Made by a program: the position numbers and the translations under genes. Shown here piece after piece: positions 1 to 7,655 of a DNA stretch of 27,521 nt. Numbering within the stretch: the stretch's first letter is position 1; each line of letters begins with the position of its first letter. The notes beneath the pieces were generated by a model. The model saw nothing but the letters and a program-made list of their open reading frames with translations, made no database searches and was not told where the DNA came from. Source of the stretch: Candidatus Micrarchaeota archaeon (GTDB lineage: Archaea > B1Sed10-29 > JAJSAI01); NCBI GenBank assembly GCA_964625085.1, contig CAZVAJ010000011.1:1-27521 (forward strand), written 5' to 3'.

Positions 1-2
1 TG

Positions 3-584
3 TCTGTTTTTACAGTTTCCGTGTTCTCTGGAACACTGCTCGTGACCGCGCCACAACTATTATGGATCAACCTGCTTACTGACGGGCCAATAGCCCTGAC
101 ACTGGGAATGGATCCTGAGCCTAAAGACATAATGAAAAGAAAACCGCACAATAAGAAGATTGGTGTGATAGACAGGCGGCTTAGGTGGATGATTCCAGTC
201 ATAGGCGCCAAAAAAGCGTTAATGATCCTGCTCACGTTTTTCGTGGGCCTCATGTTGTGGGGTCCAAAAGTAGCCCAAACAATGGCGTTCACAGGCTTCA
301 TATTCTACGAGTTCGTGCGGCTTTTCGTTATAAGGTACGAAGAAGGAACAAGCTATTTTGCAAACAAGTGGCTTGACATTGCATTGCTTGTGTCAGTTGT
401 GATGCAGTTACTCGTGTTGTATTATGCTCCTTTTGCAAGCGTTTTCGGCGTTGTGCCCCTGACACTGGCACAGCTTGCAGTAATAGCAGGGTTTACTTTC
501 ACAGGACTTCTTACAGGACTGTTGCTCGCGTGGGTGTTGATGAAAACAATACCATTAGAGGAAGGGTATGGTAGAAACCTGTAA
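3..584 (+). CDS. Cation-transporting P-type ATPase (P2A/Ca2+-type), C-terminal part, truncated by window edge
   Basis: QLLWINLLTDGPIALTLGMDP matches the M6 motif of P2 ATPases. It is followed by DIMKRKP, AQTMAF and NKWL...QLLVLY membrane segments. Confidence 0.9.
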   Translation, partial: SVFTVSVFSGTLLVTAPQLLWINLLTDGPIALTLGMDPEPKDIMKRKPHNKKIGVIDRRLRWMIPVIGAKKALMILLTFFVGLMLWGPKVAQTMAFTGFIFYEFVRLFVIRYEEGTSYFANKWLDIALLVSVVMQLLVLYYAPFASVFGVVPLTLAQLAVIAGFTFTGLLTGLLLAWVLMKTIPLEEGYGRNL

Positions 585-607
585 GAAGGGCGTGATCTTA
601 GAGTTGG

Positions 608-1144
608 TCAGCGTTTAGCCAGTTTTGATCTTACGTCGTACATGACTTTCCCAAGCGAGAGTATTGCACTGTTCAACTTTTCTTTCTCTTCTGCACTCCT
701 GGCCTGCTCAAGCTTTCCTTTCATGACCTCTGTCTGCTCTTGTATTTTCCTAAGGATGAACTCCCCTCTTGTCCTATCAGCAGGATTGCGGCAAAAGGCT
801 TCTGCATCAGCCAGCAGTTCCATTACTTCTTTTCCTTTTTTGAGTTCTTTTTCTTCTTCGCTTATCCTCAGCGCGGTCAGCTCCGTTTCTTCCATTTCCC
901 TTTTTAGCTCAAGGTCTTTTTTAGACAGAGGTCTTCCCAGCTCGTCGTAGTCTCCTGCGCTCAAGGGTTTTTCTTCTACTGTTTTCTTGAAAGCGTGGTT
1001 CCTAAGTTCCTCCGCTTCTTCCTTAAGTCCTTTTTTCATAAGCTCTTTGTACAGCTTTTGGTAAGTAAGAAAATAGTCATGAACCTTTCCAGAAACTGGC
1101 TTTTTCTTTTTGAATGCTTTCACGCGTTCCGCAAGCAAGGGCAT
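608..1144 (-). CDS. Hypothetical K/E-rich helical protein
   Basis: 178-aa ORF with a GGAGG Shine-Dalgarno upstream (CCTCC at 1153-1157 on +). No recognisable motif. Confidence 0.75.
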   Translation of the reverse strand: MPLLAERVKAFKKKKPVSGKVHDYFLTYQKLYKELMKKGLKEEAEELRNHAFKKTVEEKPLSAGDYDELGRPLSKKDLELKREMEETELTALRISEEEKELKKGKEVMELLADAEAFCRNPADRTRGEFILRKIQEQTEVMKGKLEQARSAEEKEKLNSAILSLGKVMYDVRSKLAKR

Positions 1145-1176
1145 TTTTGTTTTCCTCCTGTCAAAAGAGTGTGAAA

Positions 1177-1240
1177 GGGGTCGGTCCGCCCGTCTATCCT
1201 CATGCTCCGCTAATCAGATAAACTAAATTCCTCATTCCCC
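1177..1240 (-). ncRNA. Archaeal C/D-box methylation guide sRNA; D guide predicted to target 16S rRNA C1402 (E. coli numbering)
   Basis: The minus strand reads GGGG-A-[ATGAGGA C]-ATTTAGTTTAT-[CTGA D']-TTAGCGGAGC-[ATGAGGA C']-TAGACGGGCGGA-[CCGA D]-CCCC. It has a terminal G4/C4 stem. GACGGGCGG is antisense to the universal SSU CCGCCCGUC, and the fifth-nucleotide rule lands on C1402. Confidence 0.85.
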
Positions 1241-1262
1241 AGTATTTTTTCGTGCAAGCAGA

Positions 1263-1270
1263 TAAATAAA
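1263..1270 (-). promoter_or_regulatory. TATA box for the sRNA / downstream orphan gene
   Basis: TTTATTTA on the minus strand about 25 nt upstream of the sRNA 5' end. Confidence 0.55.
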
Positions 1271-1299
1271 CCGTGCTGTTTTGCTGGAAGACAGGCTGT

Positions 1300-2136
1300 T
1301 CAGGTTTTAAGGGAGTATATCACTGCAAAATCGTCTGAATAGACCAAAACAAGCTCGTCTGGAACTTTCTTGTTCTCCAGGAGCTTGTACAAGTTCAATG
1401 TTTTCCCTTTTTCTGTAAACATCACATTATACGCCACATTGAAAAAGTCACTGTATTCTTGTGTTCTGTTCAGAATGTAGAAGAATGCGCGGGCCTTTTT
1501 CACGTCTTCTCTGGCAATGAAAATGTGGGTAGCATTATACTTTTTCATCGTCTGCACAATTAGTCCTGTATCATTAGAAACAAAGACTCTGGCAACATTT
1601 ACTGTTTTACTGCTATTATCAAAACTGGTGATATTTGGATCTGCTACTGTCGGAAGCAACTCCTGAGACAGATCAAAAAGAACCGCGTTTCTTTCACCAT
1701 ACCCTCTAATCATGTGCCCGTAGTCCCACCAAGAAAGAAAAACTGAACTATTGTCTGTGTTCTCTTTTATCCATTTTAGTGCAGGAAGCGCTCTTTCTGT
1801 GATATACCCTGAGTATCTTTTTCCATCAGGTGTATAATACTCAATTTCTCCCAGCTGACAGTACTCTCGAGTGCTGTTAACATCCTTTATGCAGATTGTC
1901 ACAAGCCATGCGTTGTATTTTCCTCCAAAATGTTCTGTCTCTTTTTTCTGGTAAAACGTGCGACCGCGTATGGAAACAAGCGTCCAACCAGATTCTGGTG
2001 AAACTGAACTGTTAGTTAAAGAAGAACTGGCGTTATGATTGGTATTCTCTGACGTGATGTTGTTTTTCTCATCAAAATGAACACAGCCAGCTAACAAAAG
2101 TAGTAGAATGACAGACAGAATCCATGCTCGCATCAA
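1300..2136 (-). CDS. Lipoprotein consisting of an oligosaccharyltransferase (AglB/STT3) C-terminal-like domain
   Basis: N-terminal hydrophobic stretch with lipobox LLAGC. It carries ALKWIKENT...SWWDYGH, the STT3/AglB signature, and a DK-like motif EDVKK. No multi-TM region. Confidence 0.75.
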   Translation of the reverse strand: MMRAWILSVILLLLLAGCVHFDEKNNITSENTNHNASSSLTNSSVSPESGWTLVSIRGRTFYQKKETEHFGGKYNAWLVTICIKDVNSTREYCQLGEIEYYTPDGKRYSGYITERALPALKWIKENTDNSSVFLSWWDYGHMIRGYGERNAVLFDLSQELLPTVADPNITSFDNSSKTVNVARVFVSNDTGLIVQTMKKYNATHIFIAREDVKKARAFFYILNRTQEYSDFFNVAYNVMFTEKGKTLNLYKLLENKKVPDELVLVYSDDFAVIYSLKT

Positions 2137-2208
2137 GAGTGTTAGGTGGATAACGCTTTTAAACGGTTACTACATAAAGGTTAGTGATTCAGTTCTGCTT
2201 GTACGTAT

Positions 2209-2286
2209 AGCGGGGTAGGGCAGCCAGGAGTGCCCGCGGGGCTCATAACCCCGAGGTCGGAGGTTCAAATCCTCTCCCCGCTACCA
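2209..2286 (+). tRNA. tRNA-Met(CAT), initiator type, CCA encoded
   Basis: Acceptor stem AGCGGGG/CCCCGCT with A1:U72, D-arm GGGC/GCCC, anticodon stem CGGGG/CCCCG with loop CTCATAA, T-loop TTCAAAT and 3' ACCA. Confidence 0.97.
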
Positions 2287-2317
2287 TTCTCAAAAGACGT
2301 GAGATAAGGTTATTCTG

Positions 2318-3069
2318 GTGGCATACCTTATTTTCCCGAGGAAATGGAAGCTTGAAGGAGAAATAATCACCCACAAGAAGTGGAAAGAGTACAACGAGAC
2401 CAAAGGAGGAGGAAGAAAAGAGGAAGTTCCCGAAACAATTTTTGTCATATTCGAGGGAAAATTTTTCAAAACTGCCACAAGAGGACTGCGCAGGAACCGG
2501 GCTATCAACTGGTTGATGTCAGAGAATCTAGTAAGGGATACGGAACGTGTTATTGTGCTCAAGGCTCTTCAACGAGCGTGATGTACGCAGAACAGCTTCT
2601 GGCGCTGGGAGCCAGGAGGTTCATAATAATAGGAGAAGCAGGATCCCTGGATCCTGAAGTCAAGCCTGAAAGCATTGTCCTGTGCAACAAAGCCTTGAGG
2701 GACGAGGGAACAAGCTACCACTACATCAAGCCTTCCAAGTACGCTTTCCCGAGCAAAACACTCACTGAAAGGATAGCAAAAATTTTTGAAGAACAGGGGG
2801 TTAAGTATTCTGTCGGACCTTCATGGACGGCTGACGCGCCATTCAGAGAAATAAAGGCAGAAGCAATAGAGTATGCCAAGCAAGGCATTAAAACAGTTGA
2901 AATGGATGCAGCAGCCTTGTTCGCTTTTGCCCAGCGGAGAAATGTTGAGGCAGCAGCTGTTTTTGTCGTGCGCGATCACGTGCTTCATGACAAGGGATGG
3001 AAACCAAAGTTCCACAAGACCCTGCCATCTTTAATGTGTGCTTACAAAGCACTGGCCGGAAGAGTCTAA
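2318..3069 (+). pseudogene. Nucleoside phosphorylase (PNP/UDP family), frameshifted
   Basis: The N-terminus is in frame 2318-2581. Family motifs (EQLLALGARRFIIIGEAGSL, ALRDEGTSYHY, WTADAPFRE, VEMDAAALF) lie in another frame from about 2550-3069. Confidence 0.7.
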
Positions 3070-3072
3070 AAT

Positions 3073-3372
3073 TCAGAATTCGTGCAAGTATTTTTGAAAG
3101 TCCTGTATTTTACCACCCTTTACTGGGACCCCCTCCACTTCCAGTATTCTGGCTTTTGTGTCACTGTCGTGAGGAGTGTATCCTCCTATCCTGCCATCAG
3201 AGCACACTACTCTGTGACAAGGGAAAATCAAAGGAAATGGGTTTTTGGAAAGCATTCTGGCAACCTTTCTAGGGTGCCAGCCCAAGTGTTCTGCGAGGAT
3301 TTTGTAAGTAGTGACCTTTCCTTCTGGCACTTGCTTCAGCGCGTGCAAGAGTTTTTTCATCTCAGGGTCCAT
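3073..3372 (-). CDS. ogt: O6-methylguanine-DNA methyltransferase (MGMT/Ogt), short form
   Basis: VPEGKVTTY...PRKVAR HTH, active site PCHRVV and C-terminal LEVEG. Confidence 0.9.
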   Translation of the reverse strand: MDPEMKKLLHALKQVPEGKVTTYKILAEHLGWHPRKVARMLSKNPFPLIFPCHRVVCSDGRIGGYTPHDSDTKARILEVEGVPVKGGKIQDFQKYLHEF

Positions 3373-3904
3373 GTCCTGCGATCTCCTCCAAGAATTCTAA
3401 AGCGTTGTCAATATCGGGCTTGAAAGGAAGCCCAAAGTCTTTAATCATTCCTGCAGATGCTTCAAGAGCTTTTTCAAGCACTTCAGCATCTTTCTCTTCT
3501 AGAATAGAATAGGATTTTACTCTAATTTTACCAGGATCTTGCTCATATGCTAAGAACAAATTCAATGTTTTCATGCCAAAATCTTCTGGTCTGTTAAACC
3601 TGCTAAACATTGCGGTAAGCACAAAATTATGTTCTGGTAGGATAGGAAGGAACATTTCTTTACCTGAATAAAAGAAGTTGGTTTGGTAAAGTTTTTGCAC
3701 TTTTCTTGGTTTTGTTATATTATAAGCAGTGCAATATTTTTTTAATACTGTTCTCATTTCATTCCATCGTGGATGTTTCTCATCATACTCCAAAAGTAAT
3801 CCCTGCTCTTTCAGTGGTTCCAGTTTTTTGTTAAGCAAGGATACTGCCCTTCTAGCAGGAGTTTTAGCCCAAAATCCGTTTTCTTTGAGTTTTTCTAGGA
3901 TCAT
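3362..3904 (-). CDS. Hypothetical protein (start could extend to 4021)
   Basis: Open frame with ATG at 3904; the stop overlaps the ogt start. No motif recognised. Confidence 0.6.
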   Translation of the reverse strand: MILEKLKENGFWAKTPARRAVSLLNKKLEPLKEQGLLLEYDEKHPRWNEMRTVLKKYCTAYNITKPRKVQKLYQTNFFYSGKEMFLPILPEHNFVLTAMFSRFNRPEDFGMKTLNLFLAYEQDPGKIRVKSYSILEEKDAEVLEKALEASAGMIKDFGLPFKPDIDNALEFLEEIAGHGP

Positions 3905-4055
3905 GTACCTAGTCCGAGGAATAGGAAACTGACAGTAATCTAGCACTATTTTACTAAAAAACTCTTTTTGACTCACAATTTTTGTTATGGTAAAACAGGT
4001 TATTATGCTTTTCTCCTGCAAGACTGGAATACTGGAACTTCAGGGGGTCTAGTTC

Positions 4056-4640
4056 TTATCTCTTCTTTTTTCGTTTTTTCCAGGGTGCGATAGTGCTAAA
4101 ACCCCTTTCAACACTCATTTCTTGAATGTATTTTTTATCTGCAGGTAATCCTATGTTTCTTTTTTCAAGCACTCTCTTTTTCTCTTCCTCTGAGAGCTCG
4201 TGCCACATTCTTCCGCGCGTTGGGTCCTCTAAGCTTATAAGCCCAATATCAGGCATGTTCCAAACTTCTGCCCGTATCTTGTGCTTTGACATTTTTTCCG
4301 CAATTTCTTTAGCTACAGCTTCTGGGCAGACACCGTACTTTTCCCCGCCTGCAAAAATTCTCACATTAGTTTCAAAGATCCCAAAACCTTTTTTAGGGTT
4401 CCATAACCTGTTCCCCAGCTGTTTTTCAGCGTACTTGACCAGTTCTTCTGCTTCTTTTCCATGCATTGATGTTAGTTCCAGGTACATTACAGCGGTAGGA
4501 TCAGATGCTACACGATCTATCATGCTCTTGTAATATTCTATAAGATGTTTTTCAGCTTTCTCGCTTACTGCCTTCTTTCCATATGAGTCCCTGAAAAAGA
4601 AAGGGTGCACTATCATGAAAACCTTTTTTATCCGTTCCAT
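4056..4640 (-). CDS. Hypothetical protein, possibly cysteine-hydrolase-like fold, with polybasic C-terminus
   Basis: ATG 4 nt after the ATPase stop. MIVHPF...IFAGGEKYGVC pattern (weak). Ends in WKKRKKKR. Confidence 0.6.
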   Translation of the reverse strand: MERIKKVFMIVHPFFFRDSYGKKAVSEKAEKHLIEYYKSMIDRVASDPTAVMYLELTSMHGKEAEELVKYAEKQLGNRLWNPKKGFGIFETNVRIFAGGEKYGVCPEAVAKEIAEKMSKHKIRAEVWNMPDIGLISLEDPTRGRMWHELSEEEKKRVLEKRNIGLPADKKYIQEMSVERGFSTIAPWKKRKKKR

Positions 4641-4644
4641 TTTT

Positions 4645-5781
4645 TCACTCTCTTGCCAGCAGTCTCCTGTATTTTTCAACAAGCTCGAACGCAGACTTGC
4701 CGTCTACAACAGTCTTTACTACAACAGGTTCTTTTATCCCTTTCTTTTTCATCATTTCAGAATCTGATACTAAAGCAAGCCTGCTGAGTTGTTTTGCTAC
4801 ACTTCCTTTTCCAGCTTTTGTGGCAGCAGAAACTTCTTCATAAGTTAAAGGCCTTCCAGACTCTGCCAAAACCTTAACTATCTCCTTCTGTAAGGGAGAA
4901 AGAGATCTTAGTTCCCAAGCCCAGCCAATATCCTCTTGTATTGGTTCAGGTTGTTCTTCAGCACCTGTAGCAATTACAGACTCGTTCTGTGCAGGAATCT
5001 GCACACTTTCAGGATTTTCAGGTTCTTTTTTGTTTAAATCTGTGATAATAACAGGTCTGTAACTTCCTCTTTTTTCACCTTTAATTACGTAAAATACCTC
5101 TTTTTCTCCAATATTTCCCTCTGGGAACGATGTGTGCAATTCTTTGCACACTTTCTCTGCGTTTATCAACGCACTTCTCGGATTCCCTGAAGACAAGAGT
5201 GCGATCTCCTCAATTCCGTCAGGAGAAAAGGGGTTTTTGCCTGTTTTTAAGCGCCTTATGATCATTTCACGAATATCATGTGCACTTAGATTGCACAGTT
5301 TTACGGTTTCTGCCACACGCGTTCTCATACTTTCATGCACGTTAAGATAGCTTATAGTGGACATTGCTATTGCATGAACCCTCTCAGAATCATAAAAATA
5401 CTTTAGTTCTTCCATTTTATCCTTGTTAAGCCGTTGAACTTCATCCAAAAACAGAACTAACCGATCTTTTTTCTTCGGAAGCCGTTTCCTTAACCCCAAT
5501 AGGGAGTTTACTGTTAGCAGTTTTTTGAAGTCGATTTCTTCACTCTTAGAATATGTGCAGTCAAAGTACACAGTTCTATACTTTTGTTTAGCAGCCCATT
5601 TCTCAAGCTTTCTTAGCATTGTTGTTTTTCCATAACCTGTTGGGCCTGTTATTACAAGTATGTCCCCGCTTGTTATTGCTTCTCTTGCTTTTAGCTCTTG
5701 TTCTTCATAACCCACCAGAAACTCTGGTTTTGGAGTTATCTTAAAGGGATTTTCGTGAAATCCGTATGTTTTGAACCACAT
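4645..5781 (-). CDS. AAA+ ATPase (ExeA/Cdc6-like) with C-terminal winged-helix domain
   Basis: N-terminal YGFHENPF (ExeA-like), Walker A GPTGYGKT, Walker B LFLDE, Arg-finger region SMRTR and sensor-2 GNPR. A low-complexity linker leads to an HTH (LSPLQKEIVKVL...LTYEEVS...KGSVAKQLSRL). GGGGGT SD upstream. Confidence 0.85.
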   Translation of the reverse strand: MWFKTYGFHENPFKITPKPEFLVGYEEQELKAREAITSGDILVITGPTGYGKTTMLRKLEKWAAKQKYRTVYFDCTYSKSEEIDFKKLLTVNSLLGLRKRLPKKKDRLVLFLDEVQRLNKDKMEELKYFYDSERVHAIAMSTISYLNVHESMRTRVAETVKLCNLSAHDIREMIIRRLKTGKNPFSPDGIEEIALLSSGNPRSALINAEKVCKELHTSFPEGNIGEKEVFYVIKGEKRGSYRPVIITDLNKKEPENPESVQIPAQNESVIATGAEEQPEPIQEDIGWAWELRSLSPLQKEIVKVLAESGRPLTYEEVSAATKAGKGSVAKQLSRLALVSDSEMMKKKGIKEPVVVKTVVDGKSAFELVEKYRRLLARE

Positions 5782-5804
5782 TCTTAGACCCCCCTACTTC
5801 GTGT

Positions 5805-6135
5805 TAGACACGCTTTACAGGTATTTAAACCTGACTATTAGTCATGACTAAACTTTGACTATGCTTAGTCAAGTTTGACTAAGGTTTGACTAACATTTGA
5901 CTAAGCTTTCAGTATATCGTTTTCTTCATTTTTACCGGTTTTTCTAGTCATTGTGTCTTAGTCATGACTATAGACATGACTAACTTGTCTAACAGGTTGA
6001 CTAGCTTGACTAACTGTTTGACTAAGCGTTTTGACTAACATGACTAACTTGACTAAACATTTGACTAGCTTGACTAAACGTTTGACTAACTTGTCTAAGC
6101 CACTGACTAACCCTATTACAAGATATCTTGACTAA
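5805..6135. repeat. Array of about 27 (T)TGACTA(A) boxes (iteron/centromere-like)
   Basis: Forward TGACTA/TGTCTA at 5832, 5845, 5856, 5876, 5887, 5898, 5965, 5977, 5986, 5998, 6007, 6019, 6032, 6041, 6050, 6062, 6071, 6083, 6092, 6104, 6129. Reverse copies at 5805, 5839, 5866, 5945, 5959, 5971. Palindrome TTAGTCATGACTAA at 5838-5851. Confidence 0.92.
5822..5829 (-). promoter_or_regulatory. TATA box of the AAA+ ATPase gene
   Basis: TTTAAATA on the minus strand about 40 nt upstream of the ATG. The first TGACTA box abuts it at the BRE position. Confidence 0.6.
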
Positions 6136-6221
6136 CCCAACTGTTAGAACTAGTGATTTAATCAATGTTTTAACCCTAATCTTCTTGATCAACCAGTCCA
6201 ACCCTCTAGTTAATCTAAACA

Positions 6222-6675
6222 CTCACAAACTGTGATATTCACACTCTTTGACCAGACCAAACAGACGCATCTCTCACACCTTTAACCTTGCTTAGATTAT
6301 GCTCACCTAAAAACTCTCACAAATTCTCTTTTTACTTTCCTTACACCTAGAACTCTCACTTTTTTCTCAACCTTCTCTACCCTTATAATCTTTGTAATAA
6401 TTTTTTAAATTTTGTCTGTTTTTCACTTACTGGTTTTTGTTTTATGTTTTTCTCTTTACAAACTCTCACAAAATATGCATATTTTTTTGAACTTCCTACA
6501 ACTGACCCTGTTGGTTTTCTCTGTGATATGTCATTAAAACCTCTTCTTGCAACCAGTTATTCTGATCTCTCACTTTTTCTGCCTTCTTTTTTTCTTTCTG
6601 TCCTTACTATCTTTTCACATCTTTCTAGGTTGCAATAATTGTATAGGTATTTCTCACACTTTTCTCTCACGTGAG
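6222..6675. repeat. Dispersed (AA)CTCTCAC(A) motif family in a G-poor tract
   Basis: AACTCTCAC at 6312, 6351, 6461. CTCTCAC at 6271, 6567, 6664. CTCAC at 6222, 6302, 6653. Palindromes TCACA-aac-TGTGA-tat-TCACA (6223-6243) and CTCACGTGAG (6666-6675). Confidence 0.65.
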
Positions 6676-6806
6676 TATTAACTATAATTTATTAATTAAA
6701 AAGTATCTGATTTAAACAAAAGGTTTAAATATATTAATTGTATTTTTCTCTGTGCATAACCAAACACAAAAATTAAACGAATAATGTAATAACTGTTTAA
6801 AAGAAT
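6676..6806. other. AT-rich block (candidate unwinding element and/or promoter of the wHTH gene)
   Basis: Near-continuous A/T, for example TATTAACTATAATTTATTAATTAAAAA and TTTAAATATATTAATT. Confidence 0.55.
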
Positions 6807-6820
6807 AGGTTGGAGGGACC

Positions 6821-7153
6821 GTGCCAATGCCAAACATACTATTCAAAGAAAAGCCGTTACGTACGCTGGTTTCTTTATCAGATGATTCCAGGGTCTGGTA
6901 TGCCAGCGTGTTGTGCAAGGCCACTGATACCACATATCCGCATATGCTGAAAATGTTGAAACAATTTGAAAGTGTGGGATTGATATGCACAGAACAGGTT
7001 GGCAGGATACGGATAGTAAAGCTCACTAAACAAGGCCAGGATCTTGTTCAGGTTCTGAAAAACGTGGAAAAACTGACTCAGAAAAACTTTTCTGGAGATT
7101 CTAAAAATGTTTTGGAGGATGGTTTGAATGAACGTGAGGAAAGCGACGCTTGA
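6821..7153 (+). CDS. Winged-helix (MarR-like) DNA-binding protein
   Basis: GGAGG SD at 6812-6816. YASVLCKATDTTYPHMLKMLKQFE HTH plus GRIRIVKLTKQG wing. Confidence 0.85.
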   Translation: MPMPNILFKEKPLRTLVSLSDDSRVWYASVLCKATDTTYPHMLKMLKQFESVGLICTEQVGRIRIVKLTKQGQDLVQVLKNVEKLTQKNFSGDSKNVLEDGLNEREESDA

Positions 7154-7655
7154 TGATCTAGAACTTCTTACACTTTTGTACAAAAAAGACGGGAGGAAAA
7201 GGCTTACTCCTATTATGAAGTATCCTCTGATTGATTGGATAATGAAAGGCCCTCACCTTATTCTGATAGGAGAGGAAGAAGAGCCTGTTGGTTTTATGAT
7301 AATTAGGATAAAAGGCGAAGAATCAAGCATTGATGTGCTTTCTGTTGCCAGAAGATACAGGGGAAAAATTGAGTACCATTTTATTAAGGACGCTTTAGAA
7401 TTTGTTTCTACTGAAAAGATTTTTGTAACCGTGCCCAGCAATGCATCTCGGCTTATTGAAACTTACAAGTCACTTGGTTTTGTTGTTTACGATAACGTGC
7501 CCGACGCGTTCGGAAAAGGCCGACACGGCCTGAAATTGCTTAAACGTTTGCAGGATACTCCTAAAGAATCCAGGGTTATCGGGGGCGGAGTGTACAAAAA
7601 ACCAGGCGACGGGTACCTTGAAATTAACTTGAAGAACCTTGACATGGTTGATTAG
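7128..7655 (+). CDS. GNAT-family N-acetyltransferase
   Basis: VRKATLDDL start, IDVLSVARRYRG motif A and N...LIETYKSLGF motif B. Overlaps the wHTH gene. Confidence 0.85.
   Translation: MNVRKATLDDLELLTLLYKKDGRKRLTPIMKYPLIDWIMKGPHLILIGEEEEPVGFMIIRIKGEESSIDVLSVARRYRGKIEYHFIKDALEFVSTEKIFVTVPSNASRLIETYKSLGFVVYDNVPDAFGKGRHGLKLLKRLQDTPKESRVIGGGVYKKPGDGYLEINLKNLDMVD

Noticed and set aside
2209..2286. tRNA-anchored integrated element
   Set aside because: No duplicate of the tRNA 3' end was found in the window and there is no adjacent integrase.
5805..6135. CRISPR array
   Set aside because: Repeat cores are 6-9 bp with spacers of only a few bases. There are no ~30-bp repeats, unique spacers or cas genes.
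5964..6222. Repeat-encoded peptides (minus-strand SQ-repeat ORF 6022-6222; plus-strand Leu-Thr heptad peptide from 5964)
   Set aside because: All frames are short, broken by the 13-bp spacing or stops, and lack an SD. The 11-bp triplet and inverted boxes are not codon-compatible. Not fully excluded.
5782..6820. Canonical ORB-type origin
   Set aside because: No TCCA...GAAA/G-string ORB or mini-ORB motif is visible, and the ATPase is not a clearly canonical Orc1/Cdc6.
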